DNA of 51,655 nucleotides, from positions 1 to 51,655 of the forward strand of contig JBAXKK010000006.1 of NCBI GenBank assembly GCA_037137395.1. Direction: 5' to 3'. How positions within the stretch are numbered: position 1 is the stretch's first letter; each line of letters opens with the position of its first letter. Under the pieces are notes generated by a model. That model was not told the origin of the DNA and searched no databases. It was given only the letters and a program-made list of their open reading frames with translations. Position numbers and translations under genes: made by a program. The DNA comes from Elusimicrobiota bacterium (lineage in GTDB: Bacteria; Elusimicrobiota; Elusimicrobia; Elusimicrobiales; UBA9959). This document shows positions 30,381 through 40,094 of this stretch, in pieces.

Positions 30381-30472
30381 AGCGGTTCAGATGTAAAGCA
30401 ATTTAGAGGGTGGTATTCCTTAATTTTATTCTCCGCTTCCTTGCGTCTAAACTGCTTTGCGTCTTTGCATCA
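30381..30472. repeat. Inverted 8/16-nt period array
   Basis: CAGATGTAAAGCAATTTAGAGG ... CTTGCGTC TAAACTGC TTTGCGTC TTTGCATC; fills the whole spacer between the SprA-like gene and comF. Confidence 0.7.
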
Positions 30473-33400
30473 TTAAAATTGGAACGTCAGCGTGCTGCCG
30501 GCCTGATAGGAGATATATTCCTCCTGTTTGAGGAAGTTGTGCCAAAGCCGCTGGAGTCCGGCGTTGAAGGTAAGGCGCAGATTCTTGGCGGCTTCATAGT
30601 CGGCGCTGGAATTAAGCGAGAAAAGCCTGTTATTATCCGCCACGGTCACGGGAGATTTTTTGATGGCGTAGTTTAAAGTGGTCGTCCAGATAATGCGGTT
30701 AGTGAACACGAATACCTGTTTCATGAAGGGGAGCTTAAGGCCTTTGGGCAGCTGGAGGTCCGTTTTTATCAGCAGGCTTGGTGTAATCGTTTTCGTGTTC
30801 TGTGTCACGATGCCGAGGCCGCCTTTGGAAATATCATAAACATAATCCACTTTAGGCGTGAAACGGAATTTTTTATAGTCAAAGGTGCTTTGAAGCGTGG
30901 CGTCATAGTGCCGCGTGCTGGAAACTTTCTGGTTTAGCCGCAGGTCTTTGCGGTCGGTCAGCCTGGTGTTGTAGCTCATGGCTGTATCAAAATAATTCAA
31001 AACTTTTAAGCGCAGGTCCAGGCCGTAGGTGTCCGAGAGGTCCAGGCTGATCTTCTTGGTCTCATTGGTATTCTTTGAATACTTCAGATTGACGGTGGCG
31101 TTCTGCGCCCACTTGGCGGTGCGTGTCAGTATCTCAAGCTGGGACATGGAAAGGATCATGTCGGGGAAGGTCCTGTTAAGGCTGGTCGTCTTGGTGCCGG
31201 TGACCTCGGATTTCTGCAAAGAATTTGAGAAGCTATTGGTGACGCTGACAGTGTTAAGAGGGGTTGCCGCGCCTTTAAGAGCGAAACCTTCAAAAGGCTG
31301 CCAGCGCTGGGAGGAATTTATGGTGTCGCGCAGCGTTACAGAATTCCTCTGGGCTAGCTGGCTCTTCGGTTTAAGGGAGTCACGTATCCAGAGGCTTTGC
31401 TTGGCGTCCAGGCCTTTTTCCACGTTAGCCCAGGAATCTCCGTCCTGGATCTGGTAGTTGGAAGAGATGACCATTGAGCGAAGGAGGCGGTTCTTCGGCA
31501 TAAGATCGTTCACGTTTAGGGTAAGGTTGACGGCGCCCTGGGAGTTGCGGGTTATGGTCTTTATTTCACCCACGTTGAAAACGGCGCTTGTTGACAGCAC
31601 CGTGATCGTTGTGACATTCAGATTATTGTTTTCCATGGTGGTTATGGAATAGTTGAATCCGGGATTCAGCCAGGAGAAGAACATCAGGTTGGAATTGAAC
31701 TCCGCGGTCTGCTGCATGGATTTGGGATAACGCAGCATATTAGCCGTAGAGGCCGGGTTAACGCGCGTTTCCCTGACCTGAGACAGGGCGTAGCCGGGGT
31801 TAAAGGAAGAGCCGCGCCATGGGGTGAAGGCGAGCTTGGCGCCGTAAGTGTCGGTTCTCTCATCCGTGGCGAAAAGGCCTGAGGCGGCCGTTGTTGTGAG
31901 CTTGACTGCATTATAGGCCACTTTATTCCTGCCCAGTGAATAATTCAGGGTTATATTGTTGGGCAGGATGAAAACATTGAGAGGCACCGCGTAGGAGAGG
32001 TTGCCAGTGTATACATCCCTGTCGTCCCGGCGCGCCATGAGCGTGTAGTCGGTGCGATTTTTTGCGTAGTTGAAGCCCAGACGCGGTAGAGAGCCCATGG
32101 TAAAATTACCGGCCGCTGTGCCGTCGAAGCGCTTTACCTGGCCCTGCTGCAGGGAGTTGACCAGGTTGTTGGCGCCGGTGATAGCGGTGTTTGGTGTAGT
32201 GACCATCTGGCGCGCGGCCGTGAAGTTAAGCGGCAGAAAGGCCAGGCGCGTGATATTCAGGTAGCCGGTCTGCTGCTCATTGTCCTGGTTTGCGATGGCT
32301 GTCACCGGGGTCTGAAAATTTCTATCCATGTATCGGTGCTTTCCGCCGAAATTGACCCAGCCCGGGATTTCGAACGAACCTTCCACTTTTCGGGCGTTGC
32401 CCACCCGGGTCAGAGGTTTGGCGACATGTATCTCGTTCACATAGACCGTGCCGTTCTGAGTGGTTCCGCCTTTGGCGGCTACACCCAAGATGATCTGCGG
32501 CACCTGCTGCAGGCTCGGAGAGCCCTTTGAGGAGATGGTGACGGTATAGTTGGATCCGTTCACCCAGCGTTCCGGGATTCCGTCCTTATTCAGGTCCAAC
32601 TGGTCTATAGTGATGAGCCGCCAGCCGGTAAAGTCCAGCGGAACTTCGGCCCGGAAATTATTGTTTTCGTCGCCAAGCTGAAGGAAAAAGTCCGCGTTGA
32701 GATAAGTCGCGCTGCTGTAAAGAAGGAATTTAAATTTTTCGTGTTGCGAGATATCTATCGGCTGAGTGAATTTGCGGTAGACATAGGCGGTTGAGCTGGA
32801 CGTTATGTTCGTAAAGTTGACGGCCAGGGCCTGCTCAGAAAGATTCTGGGAATTGGTTTTACTTTTTTGGTCCGAGACCGAACCGTAAAGCTTGTTGAAT
32901 ACATCGGTTGCGTCGCCGCCGGCGGAGAAAATAGGGGGGTAGCCGGGGTTGTCTATGTTGTTTACAGCCTGGAGCTGCATAAATCCAGTGTTAGCTGTTG
33001 TGCTCTGGCTGACGGCCCAGGTATTGCCCACGGCGGCTATGCGGGCGAATTTTATAACTCCGGAGGTCGGCCCGCCGTTATATTTAAGTGAAATGCGGAC
33101 CTGTTTAACGGCATTCCAGCGGTAGGTGTCAGTGGAAGTTATGGGGATGGGCGTATAAAGCGTGTGCCAGCCAGTGAAATCTATATTATTCGTATCAACG
33201 CTGTCGTTATCAGTGTTGTCCTTGAATTTGGAGGAAGTGATATAGCCGAAGTCGCCTCCGGTGAAATCCTGGGGGTCCAGGCGGCCGTTTTTGTTGAGGT
33301 CCTCGGAGTCCATGCGGCCGTTGCCCGCGCCATAACGCTTTTCGCCCTTTCCGGCCGGTTTGTAAATCCAGCCGGTATCTTCGGCTGGCGCCAGCTGGTT

Positions 33401-35803
33401 GTCGCAGTTCGTGTCTTCGTTCTTTGGGGCGTTATTGAGAGTGAGGCCCTTTTCGCAGACGAAGTTTTGGCCCCCGGTGCCGTCCGCGTCTTCGTTTATC
33501 TGCCCAAGATGGATATTGAATAAAGGGCCGTTGACATTGTCGCCGTAGACAATCATCTCCAGCCCCGTTTTTTGCGAGAAGTCCAGGCCGGTGGGCGAGA
33601 GAGGGTAAGCTATGGAAATTTCTGAGGAAATGCTGAAATCGTAGTTTACGCTTAAAACCTGCTGGGTGCCATCCGAGGTTGATCCGGCGTTTATGTCCTG
33701 CTCTTTGACGTCCTGGCTGTTCCAGTTTAATGCGCGAGGGTCCGCCGGTCCGTAGAGTGAACCGAGCGGGTTGGCGGCTATCTGCCAAAAATTGGCGTCC
33801 AGGGAAGGTGAGTCGTCCTGCTTGATTCCCTCCATGTTATCTACAAGCGCGTTGTCGTTGAGGTTGGGGTTAAGCCGCGACTGCGCCACTTCGCCGCCAA
33901 GCGTGGTCCTTAAACCGAATATGTTAAGCGCTTTTAGCTGGGCGTCGCCCTCATAGACCAGCATGCTGTTTGTGAGATCGGTGACATTGGGTACGGTATT
34001 AGATTTTATGCCCCCCTGGTAGAGCAGTGTGCTGCCGACCGAGAAATGCTGGCTCAGATCGTAAGAAACGCGGCCGCCGACCATGGATTGGTTGCCTATG
34101 CCGCCGAAGGGGGAGACTTCGTAAACGATCTCGATCTTAGAGTCCTGCCTTATTCGGTCCGGGTAATAAAAGGTAATGAAGCCTGAGTCGTAGTCTATGA
34201 AATATTCTTCATTGCGGTTTATCTTGACTCCGTCCACGCGCACGTTTTCGGATTGCACTACGATACTGGGTTCCAGTATGAAGGTCTTGAATCTGTAGGA
34301 ATACTCCACGCGGAATATGCGTTTAGAGACCGGTGCGGCCGAATATATCTGCGCATCAGGCTGGATGCCGTCCGAGGTGAAGATCTGCTTCAAATTAAAT
34401 ATGCCCTGCTCAAAGTCCACTTCTATGGTGTCGGGATATTTCGGCATGTTGTTGGCAAGAGTGGATAAGACTTCGTTGCGGTTCAAGTCCTGCACCTTCA
34501 GCGTGAAATTTCCGCGCCCGTCGTCGCGCACTATATTTGTCTGTCCGATGGGGTAGTATGTTTTAAGCTCTCTATTCCATCCCGCTTCCTGGGAATTGGG
34601 CACGATCTGGATGTCGTTGGGCGTTTTGATGAGTTTGTAAAGATTGGTGCCGCCGATGGTGAGAGTTGTGGAGGATGTATTCTGGGAGAGCCGGGTCCCA
34701 TTGCCGTTCTCAAAGTCTATAATTACCACATCCTGCGGGTTCAGAGTTCGGTTGAAGGTTACGATACCCTTGATATAATCCATGACATAGTCTATGCCGG
34801 GGTTCATAATCTGGAAGCGCCCGGTGTAGGATGAGGAGGGCACGGCCAGGTCGTCCGCGCCCATGCCGAACACCGTTACGCCATCGACTATCGCCTGGCT
34901 TTGCTGGTCTATGTAAATGCGCTCCGACCCGGACTGTATGGGGAGACGGTTCAGATTTCCGAAAGTGACATCGTAGTATTTGCGCCGGAGATAATTGGTG
35001 TCAAGTATGTCCACGCTCTGGAACTGTGTGTTGCCGGTAAACTGTTTGGTTTTGGTCAGACCTTTGGTGCGCGAGCCGACGAAGGTGAATTTGAAACGGC
35101 TGGTCTTTAGGTCGGCGCGGATGCCGAAAAGCTGCTTGTTATATGAGACGAATTCGGTGGCGGGCAGCGACAGGTCTATGTCGCCGAAGGAAACATTCTG
35201 GACCACTTCGTTCGGATCGCCCTGGTAAACCACGGAGATATCCTGCTTGTCCAGCTTCGTGTCGTCGTAGTCTACGTTCACGGAGATCTTTTGTCCGACC
35301 TTGCCCTGCATGCGCACCTGCATCTGCTGCGTGATCTCAAAAAGGCTGAGCGCGCGCGGCCGGCTGACCGCGGTTTGGTCGTTCACGTAGCGCTTAGAGC
35401 TGTAATTGAGTGATATCACCTTGCGGCCGGTGACGGAAAGCGAGGTTCCCGAATCCTTAAACTCCAGCTCGGGCTGCGGGCCGAGCGGGGTTTCAGTTGA
35501 TATGGCGACTTCCTGGATGGGCTTAAGTTCAACGCGGTTGAAGCGCCCTGTTTCTATCTGTTCCCTGACGTCATTCCATGAATCGGAGGAGTAGCCGATT
35601 GGCATGATGGCGTCCAGATTTGGTCCCTCTCCAGCCGCGTCCTCTTCCTCACCCGCGCTGAGCAGCCGGTCGGGGGTAGCCCGGTCCAGAAGGAGAAAGC
35701 GCGCGGTGCCGGTTGAAGGGGTGGCGAGGTAGGACTCCTCTGACCAGGCTAAGCCGGGCAGGAGCGTCAGAGATATAAATAAAAGGCTTAAGCTTTTTTT
35801 CAC
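30473..35803 (-). CDS. Giant outer-membrane beta-barrel protein, SprA/Sov-like (type IX secretion translocon homologue)
   Basis: Signal peptide; QQMQVRMQGKVGQKISVNVDYDD...YQGDPNEVVQNVSFGDIDLSLP...LFGI resembles the SprA N-terminal domain; EDLNKNGRLD, GTVYVNEIHV; amphipathic C-terminal strands ending in Phe. Confidence 0.75.
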   Translation of the reverse strand: MKKSLSLLFISLTLLPGLAWSEESYLATPSTGTARFLLLDRATPDRLLSAGEEEDAAGEGPNLDAIMPIGYSSDSWNDVREQIETGRFNRVELKPIQEVAISTETPLGPQPELEFKDSGTSLSVTGRKVISLNYSSKRYVNDQTAVSRPRALSLFEITQQMQVRMQGKVGQKISVNVDYDDTKLDKQDISVVYQGDPNEVVQNVSFGDIDLSLPATEFVSYNKQLFGIRADLKTSRFKFTFVGSRTKGLTKTKQFTGNTQFQSVDILDTNYLRRKYYDVTFGNLNRLPIQSGSERIYIDQQSQAIVDGVTVFGMGADDLAVPSSSYTGRFQIMNPGIDYVMDYIKGIVTFNRTLNPQDVVIIDFENGNGTRLSQNTSSTTLTIGGTNLYKLIKTPNDIQIVPNSQEAGWNRELKTYYPIGQTNIVRDDGRGNFTLKVQDLNRNEVLSTLANNMPKYPDTIEVDFEQGIFNLKQIFTSDGIQPDAQIYSAAPVSKRIFRVEYSYRFKTFILEPSIVVQSENVRVDGVKINRNEEYFIDYDSGFITFYYPDRIRQDSKIEIVYEVSPFGGIGNQSMVGGRVSYDLSQHFSVGSTLLYQGGIKSNTVPNVTDLTNSMLVYEGDAQLKALNIFGLRTTLGGEVAQSRLNPNLNDNALVDNMEGIKQDDSPSLDANFWQIAANPLGSLYGPADPRALNWNSQDVKEQDINAGSTSDGTQQVLSVNYDFSISSEISIAYPLSPTGLDFSQKTGLEMIVYGDNVNGPLFNIHLGQINEDADGTGGQNFVCEKGLTLNNAPKNEDTNCDNQLAPAEDTGWIYKPAGKGEKRYGAGNGRMDSEDLNKNGRLDPQDFTGGDFGYITSSKFKDNTDNDSVDTNNIDFTGWHTLYTPIPITSTDTYRWNAVKQVRISLKYNGGPTSGVIKFARIAAVGNTWAVSQSTTANTGFMQLQAVNNIDNPGYPPIFSAGGDATDVFNKLYGSVSDQKSKTNSQNLSEQALAVNFTNITSSSTAYVYRKFTQPIDISQHEKFKFLLYSSATYLNADFFLQLGDENNNFRAEVPLDFTGWRLITIDQLDLNKDGIPERWVNGSNYTVTISSKGSPSLQQVPQIILGVAAKGGTTQNGTVYVNEIHVAKPLTRVGNARKVEGSFEIPGWVNFGGKHRYMDRNFQTPVTAIANQDNEQQTGYLNITRLAFLPLNFTAARQMVTTPNTAITGANNLVNSLQQGQVKRFDGTAAGNFTMGSLPRLGFNYAKNRTDYTLMARRDDRDVYTGNLSYAVPLNVFILPNNITLNYSLGRNKVAYNAVKLTTTAASGLFATDERTDTYGAKLAFTPWRGSSFNPGYALSQVRETRVNPASTANMLRYPKSMQQTAEFNSNLMFFSWLNPGFNYSITTMENNNLNVTTITVLSTSAVFNVGEIKTITRNSQGAVNLTLNVNDLMPKNRLLRSMVISSNYQIQDGDSWANVEKGLDAKQSLWIRDSLKPKSQLAQRNSVTLRDTINSSQRWQPFEGFALKGAATPLNTVSVTNSFSNSLQKSEVTGTKTTSLNRTFPDMILSMSQLEILTRTAKWAQNATVNLKYSKNTNETKKISLDLSDTYGLDLRLKVLNYFDTAMSYNTRLTDRKDLRLNQKVSSTRHYDATLQSTFDYKKFRFTPKVDYVYDISKGGLGIVTQNTKTITPSLLIKTDLQLPKGLKLPFMKQVFVFTNRIIWTTTLNYAIKKSPVTVADNNRLFSLNSSADYEAAKNLRLTFNAGLQRLWHNFLKQEEYISYQAGSTLTFQF

Positions 35804-36006
35804 TTTAACCGGGGGCTCTCATCATCGCGTCAAAATAGTAAACTATATTATAATATAGTGTAATATACGCAGGTTACGGATTTATTAGCAAACCAAGCGG
35901 GTAGACTGCGTCAAGAAAGGCCATTATACTGAAGAAAGAGCGGGCCGAAGGCAAATCAGCCTGAAAAGGCGGACCTGATAAACTTCAGCCGAACGGCATA
36001 TCTTGC

Positions 36007-36027
36007 TAACCCGAAAGTTGCAGTTGC
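36007..36027 (-). repeat. Isolated right-end fragment of family A element
   Basis: Reverse complement GCAACTGCAACTTTCGGGTTA matches 39151-39171 at 20/21. Confidence 0.7.
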
Positions 36028-36071
36028 CCGCAGCTTAAATAATCCGGCAGATATAATAATAGAATAATAAG

Positions 36072-37184
36072 ATGCGCATTCCTATATCCCAAAAATACAT
36101 CCTCCAGGTCTTTTCGCGTTTCCTGGCCCTTTCGCTTTTCGTTTTTGCTTCCATTTTCGTGATGGTCAACTTCGTGCAGATAGTCATCCAGGGGGCTTTG
36201 AGCGGGTTTTCCTTCTATTTCCTTTTCAAGAGCATCATCTATCTCCTGCCCAATATACTCTCAATGTCGCTGCCGCTCTCCTTCCTGATGGCCGTGCTGC
36301 TGAGCCTGGGCCAGCTTTCCCAGGAAGGCGAAATCGTGGCGCTCAGGGCCGGAGGATTCTCTTTCACCGAGATCATGGCGTCTATTTTCTGGGCCTCTGT
36401 AGCCGCTTCAGTAATATTGCTGGCGGTAAATAACTGGTTCGGGCCGAAAACGCTGAAACGCTCCACCGATTACACGCTCTCAATGATAAACCGGGTGACC
36501 AGAGTGGAACTGAGGCCCCGCACTTTCCAGAAGGTTTCCGACTGGGTGATATATTCGGATGAAGTGGACGCGCTGTCAAGCGGGCTTAAGGGTGTCAAGC
36601 TTATCCGGCGCGTGAATGTGAATAGCGATCCCGCTTTCGTGACCAAGATTAACGCGAAGGAGGGAAATTACTCGGTTCTGCGCGAGCGCGGCATAGCCAT
36701 CGAACTCCGGGACGGCCAGTTCAGCCAGACGGATTATAAAGACGATAATAAGGTTATTTACGGGGATTTCTCATCGTACCGGACGATCATACCGTTCTTT
36801 TCTGGCAGCGCGGATTCGCGCAAGCTGAGTCCGCGTGAGATCTCCTCCTCGGGGCTTCTGCGTAAAATATCGAAGGGGGCGCTTGACGCCGAAACCAGGG
36901 CCAAATACCGCATAGAGATAGCCTCGCGCTTTGCAATGGCGCTTACGCCGCTGGTGTTTTTCCTCATCGGCGCGCCGCTGGGAGTGGTGCTGGAGAAAAA
37001 AGGCCGCTCGGCCGGCTTTGCTGTAAGCCTGGTGATCATCTTTTTTTATTACGGCTTAAGTATAACTTCCATGGTTTTGACCAGGAAATACGCCTGGCTG
37101 TTCCCCTGGGCGATGTTCGCGCCTGCCGCGGCGGGCGCAGCGCTGGGGCTTTGGATGTGGAAAAAAAGGCTGTATGCGCGCTAA
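36072..37184 (+). CDS. lptF: LPS export permease LptF (LptF/LptG family)
   Basis: LPLSFLMAVLLSLGQLSQEGEIVALRAGG, LIGAPLG; 3+3 TM layout; first of pair. Confidence 0.85.
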   Translation: MRIPISQKYILQVFSRFLALSLFVFASIFVMVNFVQIVIQGALSGFSFYFLFKSIIYLLPNILSMSLPLSFLMAVLLSLGQLSQEGEIVALRAGGFSFTEIMASIFWASVAASVILLAVNNWFGPKTLKRSTDYTLSMINRVTRVELRPRTFQKVSDWVIYSDEVDALSSGLKGVKLIRRVNVNSDPAFVTKINAKEGNYSVLRERGIAIELRDGQFSQTDYKDDNKVIYGDFSSYRTIIPFFSGSADSRKLSPREISSSGLLRKISKGALDAETRAKYRIEIASRFAMALTPLVFFLIGAPLGVVLEKKGRSAGFAVSLVIIFFYYGLSITSMVLTRKYAWLFPWAMFAPAAAGAALGLWMWKKRLYAR

Positions 37185-37292
37185 TAGCGGAGTGTAGTAA
37201 GGATTAAGTGATAAGAATTAAGCATTATGTTAAAAGACGCTTATTTTTGGCACTTCTTATCACTTAACACTTACTTCTTAATTCTTAAATTG
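37185..37292. repeat. Inverted heptamer array (TAAGNRW / WYNCTTA family)
   Basis: TAAGGAT TAAGTGA TAAGAAT TAAGCAT ... TTCTTAT CACTTAA CACTTAC TTCTTAA TTCTTAA. Confidence 0.88.
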
Positions 37293-37294
37293 CT

Positions 37295-38386
37295 ATGAAC
37301 AAAGTTTTCTTCAAATATATAGCCGGAAGTTTCTGGGGCCCATTTTTCTTCGGCCTCGGAGTTTTTGTGTCGCTGCTTCTTTTTGGCAGTCTTTTCGACA
37401 AGATAAGTTTTTTCATGAAGAGTTCTTCCGGCTTTGATACTTTTCTAAAGTACCTCATCTACCAGTTGCCCTACTTTATCGTAAAAATGATGCCTATCGC
37501 CACCCTCCTGGCGGTTCTGTTCGCTCTGGGGGGGATGATTTCAAGGGGCGAGTGGAAGGCGGGGATGGCCGGCGGCTGGCGGCCGTTTGAAATGGTTCTG
37601 CCACTGCTGGCCTGTTCGGCAGCCGCGGCCATGCTGCAGCTGGGGGTGCAAGAGACGGTGGCTCCGCCATTTTTTATGAGGTCAGAATACATCTTTGAAG
37701 GGAAGATGCGGGGCCGAGACGATTGGAAGCGCCTTGTGCGCCGGGAGGTGTCGTTCTCGGCCGGGCCGGATGTCTTCGTCACCGCCCAGATTTTTGACGG
37801 CGGCAGGGAAACGATGGAACGTGTGCTGGTAAATATTTATTCCGGCGGCAGGATATTAAAGGAGATAAATGCTCTGAAGGCCGTGTGGGACAGGACCGCG
37901 GGTGTATGGGTTTTTGAGAACGGGGTGCTGATACAATATGGGCCTGACGACGGGGCAAGGCCGGTGACCTCATCTTTTACGAGTTATTCCGGCCCTCTTA
38001 ACAGCCCGCCTGAGACGCTGATACTGGAGCGGCTGGTGCCGGACGGCGTCAGCATACTTGATATATCCGACCGGATAAGGCGGCTTGAAGCCATAGGCGC
38101 GCCCGTCGTGGCCGAAAAGGTCCAGCTTTATTCAAAGCTGGCTGGTCCGCTGGCGAATATCGTGTTGGCTGTCACCGGGCTTACGCTGGTGTTGATAGTG
38201 CGGATGAACCGCGTGCTTAGTTTTGGTATCGCGCTGGCCACAGGCTTTTTTTTCTGGGTGTTTATGACGATGGGGCAATACGCGGGGGAGGCGGAAATGG
38301 TGCCGCCGGTGGTGGCGGGCTTCGGCCCCGCCCTTGTTTTCCTTACAATATCCTTTTTAGGACTCCGTAAAGCCAGGATATTTTAG
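37295..38386 (+). CDS. lptG: LPS export permease LptG (LptF/LptG family)
   Basis: MPIATLLAVLFALG, GEWKAGMAGG, AVWD...WVFENG jellyroll; second of pair. Confidence 0.82.
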   Translation: MNKVFFKYIAGSFWGPFFFGLGVFVSLLLFGSLFDKISFFMKSSSGFDTFLKYLIYQLPYFIVKMMPIATLLAVLFALGGMISRGEWKAGMAGGWRPFEMVLPLLACSAAAAMLQLGVQETVAPPFFMRSEYIFEGKMRGRDDWKRLVRREVSFSAGPDVFVTAQIFDGGRETMERVLVNIYSGGRILKEINALKAVWDRTAGVWVFENGVLIQYGPDDGARPVTSSFTSYSGPLNSPPETLILERLVPDGVSILDISDRIRRLEAIGAPVVAEKVQLYSKLAGPLANIVLAVTGLTLVLIVRMNRVLSFGIALATGFFFWVFMTMGQYAGEAEMVPPVVAGFGPALVFLTISFLGLRKARIF

Positions 38387-38475
38387 TAAAAAACTATGTT
38401 TTTTGTCTGCGCGGCAGGGCGGCAGCAAGACAGCGCGGCAGATACAGCCCATAAACAAGACGGAAGTAATTATAT

Positions 38476-38814
38476 ATGGAAACAGAATTAAACAATAGTG
38501 CTTTCAACGAGGCTAAGCCTTATGCTTGCTGGTCCTGCGGAGCGCACATATCGGCGCGGGATAATTACTGCAGCAGATGCGGTAAGGGGCAGGGTTCGTT
38601 CGTGGACTGGTATTACAAACATCTGGGTATACTCGTTCTTATCTTCGGCGCCGGACCTTTCGCGCTTTATTTTGTCTGGCGGTCCCCGGTATTGTCCCGG
38701 AACGCGAAGTGGATCTATACCGCTGTCATAGCCCTCTTCACCTGGTATGTCGGAAGAGTTTTTTATAATGCATGGGTGTTCTTTCATAATATACTGGGAG
38801 CAATGCCGCTTTAG
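38476..38814 (+). CDS. Small zinc-ribbon membrane protein
   Basis: CWSCG...YCSRCG followed by two hydrophobic helices. Confidence 0.7.
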   Translation: METELNNSAFNEAKPYACWSCGAHISARDNYCSRCGKGQGSFVDWYYKHLGILVLIFGAGPFALYFVWRSPVLSRNAKWIYTAVIALFTWYVGRVFYNAWVFFHNILGAMPL

Positions 38815-39171
38815 CCTGAATCCTGCAGTTCAAGATAGATTTCATTTAGGAAATAGGGGAACAGAATTATTCTGCAGGATTCCCCGCACAGCGGGCTGAG
38901 GGCCCAGCGCAAGGCTATGCCAGTGCCGTATCAGGGCCTATGGCCGACAAACGGCCTATGCGTGCCCGGCCCGAAGAGGTGAGGCCCGGCTTTAGAACGA
39001 GGCATAATTTTATGCCTCGCGTCCGGGCCGCAAGGCCGCAGGTGTTTCCCTGCGCAGCGAAAACACCGAGGCGGGGTCGCGCAAAACCGCTATGCGGTTT
39101 ATGCGTGACTATGCCTCCCGAATGGACGCCCGCAGTGCGGGCGGAAAGTTGCAACTGCAACTTTCAGGTTA
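38812..39171. mobile_element. Multi-hairpin MITE/REP-like element, long copy (family A)
   Basis: Ends TAGCCTGAA...TTCAGGTTA; same backbone as 6174-6319 plus three internal expansions. Confidence 0.78.
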
Positions 39172-39197
39172 GTAATATCCATGATGAGTATATTCCT

Positions 39198-39230
39198 TTG
39201 CCATACGCCGTACGCCATATGCCATACGCA
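39198..39230. repeat. Single-arm heptamer array (GCCRTAY)
   Basis: GCCATAC GCCGTAC GCCATAT GCCATAC GCA. Confidence 0.75.
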
Positions 39231-39252
39231 GAAATTGACTGATCAATAATTC

Positions 39253-40032
39253 ATGGAAAATATTTCCATAAAAATAATCCTGGCGAGACCCAGGAATCCG
39301 GACAATATCGGCGCCGCCGCCAGGGCCATGGCCAATTTCGGATTGAGCGAGCTGGCGCTGGTCGCTCCGCATATCCCAACCTGGAGAGAAACCGCCCAAA
39401 CCGCCGCCACAGCCGGAAGCGGGGAGCCGATATGGCTTATGGAAAGGGCCAGGGCCGCCGTGGGCGCCGCTGACATTATAAGAGCGGCAAAAATACGCGA
39501 TACTCTGGCCGAGGCCGCTGCGGATTGTGACCTCCTTCTGGGCACTTCCGCGCTTCAGCGCCGCACGCCTGACAGGGATGTCATACCTCTCGGTGGCGCG
39601 CTTGAGTTCCTGGCGGAAAGGCTCCCGGCGGGAAAGAAGCATAAAGTGGGCGTGCTTTTTGGCTCAGAGAGGACAGGCCTCACAAACGAAGACCTTTCCC
39701 ATTGTCATGCGGCGCTTAATATTCCTACCAGTGAAAAACAGCCTTCTATAAATCTCGGGCAGGCCGTGGCGCTGGTTTGCTACGAGCTGGCCGGCCAGTC
39801 CTCCACAGTCTCTCCACGCGCGAAGCGTCCGGAGGCGGCCGTCCCGTCTGTTCAGGAAATTGAGCGCGTGGTCTCGGAGATATGTGCTTTGCTGGATGAG
39901 AAAAAAGTTGCCGGAACCGGAGGGGAGAATTACGAGTCCGAGATACGCAGGTCTGTTCTGGACGCTCGTCTGACGAAGGGCGCTATGGGTATTCTTAAAA
40001 CTCTGTTGCGGCGCGCCCGCCTGCCGAAATAA
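39253..40032 (+). CDS. TrmJ/LasT-family SPOUT RNA methyltransferase
   Basis: PRNPDNIGAAARAMANFG, LFGSERTGLTNEDL, SINLGQAV. Confidence 0.92.
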   Translation: MENISIKIILARPRNPDNIGAAARAMANFGLSELALVAPHIPTWRETAQTAATAGSGEPIWLMERARAAVGAADIIRAAKIRDTLAEAAADCDLLLGTSALQRRTPDRDVIPLGGALEFLAERLPAGKKHKVGVLFGSERTGLTNEDLSHCHAALNIPTSEKQPSINLGQAVALVCYELAGQSSTVSPRAKRPEAAVPSVQEIERVVSEICALLDEKKVAGTGGENYESEIRRSVLDARLTKGAMGILKTLLRRARLPK

Positions 40033-40094
40033 TTATCAAAAATTATCTGGTATCTCTCCCCGGCCCCGCCGTCCGCTGTCGGCCGGATATTTAT

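Noticed and set aside
38915..39242. Short ORFs inside the family A element
   Set aside because: GC-rich hairpin DNA is stop-poor; no transposase motifs, and the ORFs are not preserved in the short copy
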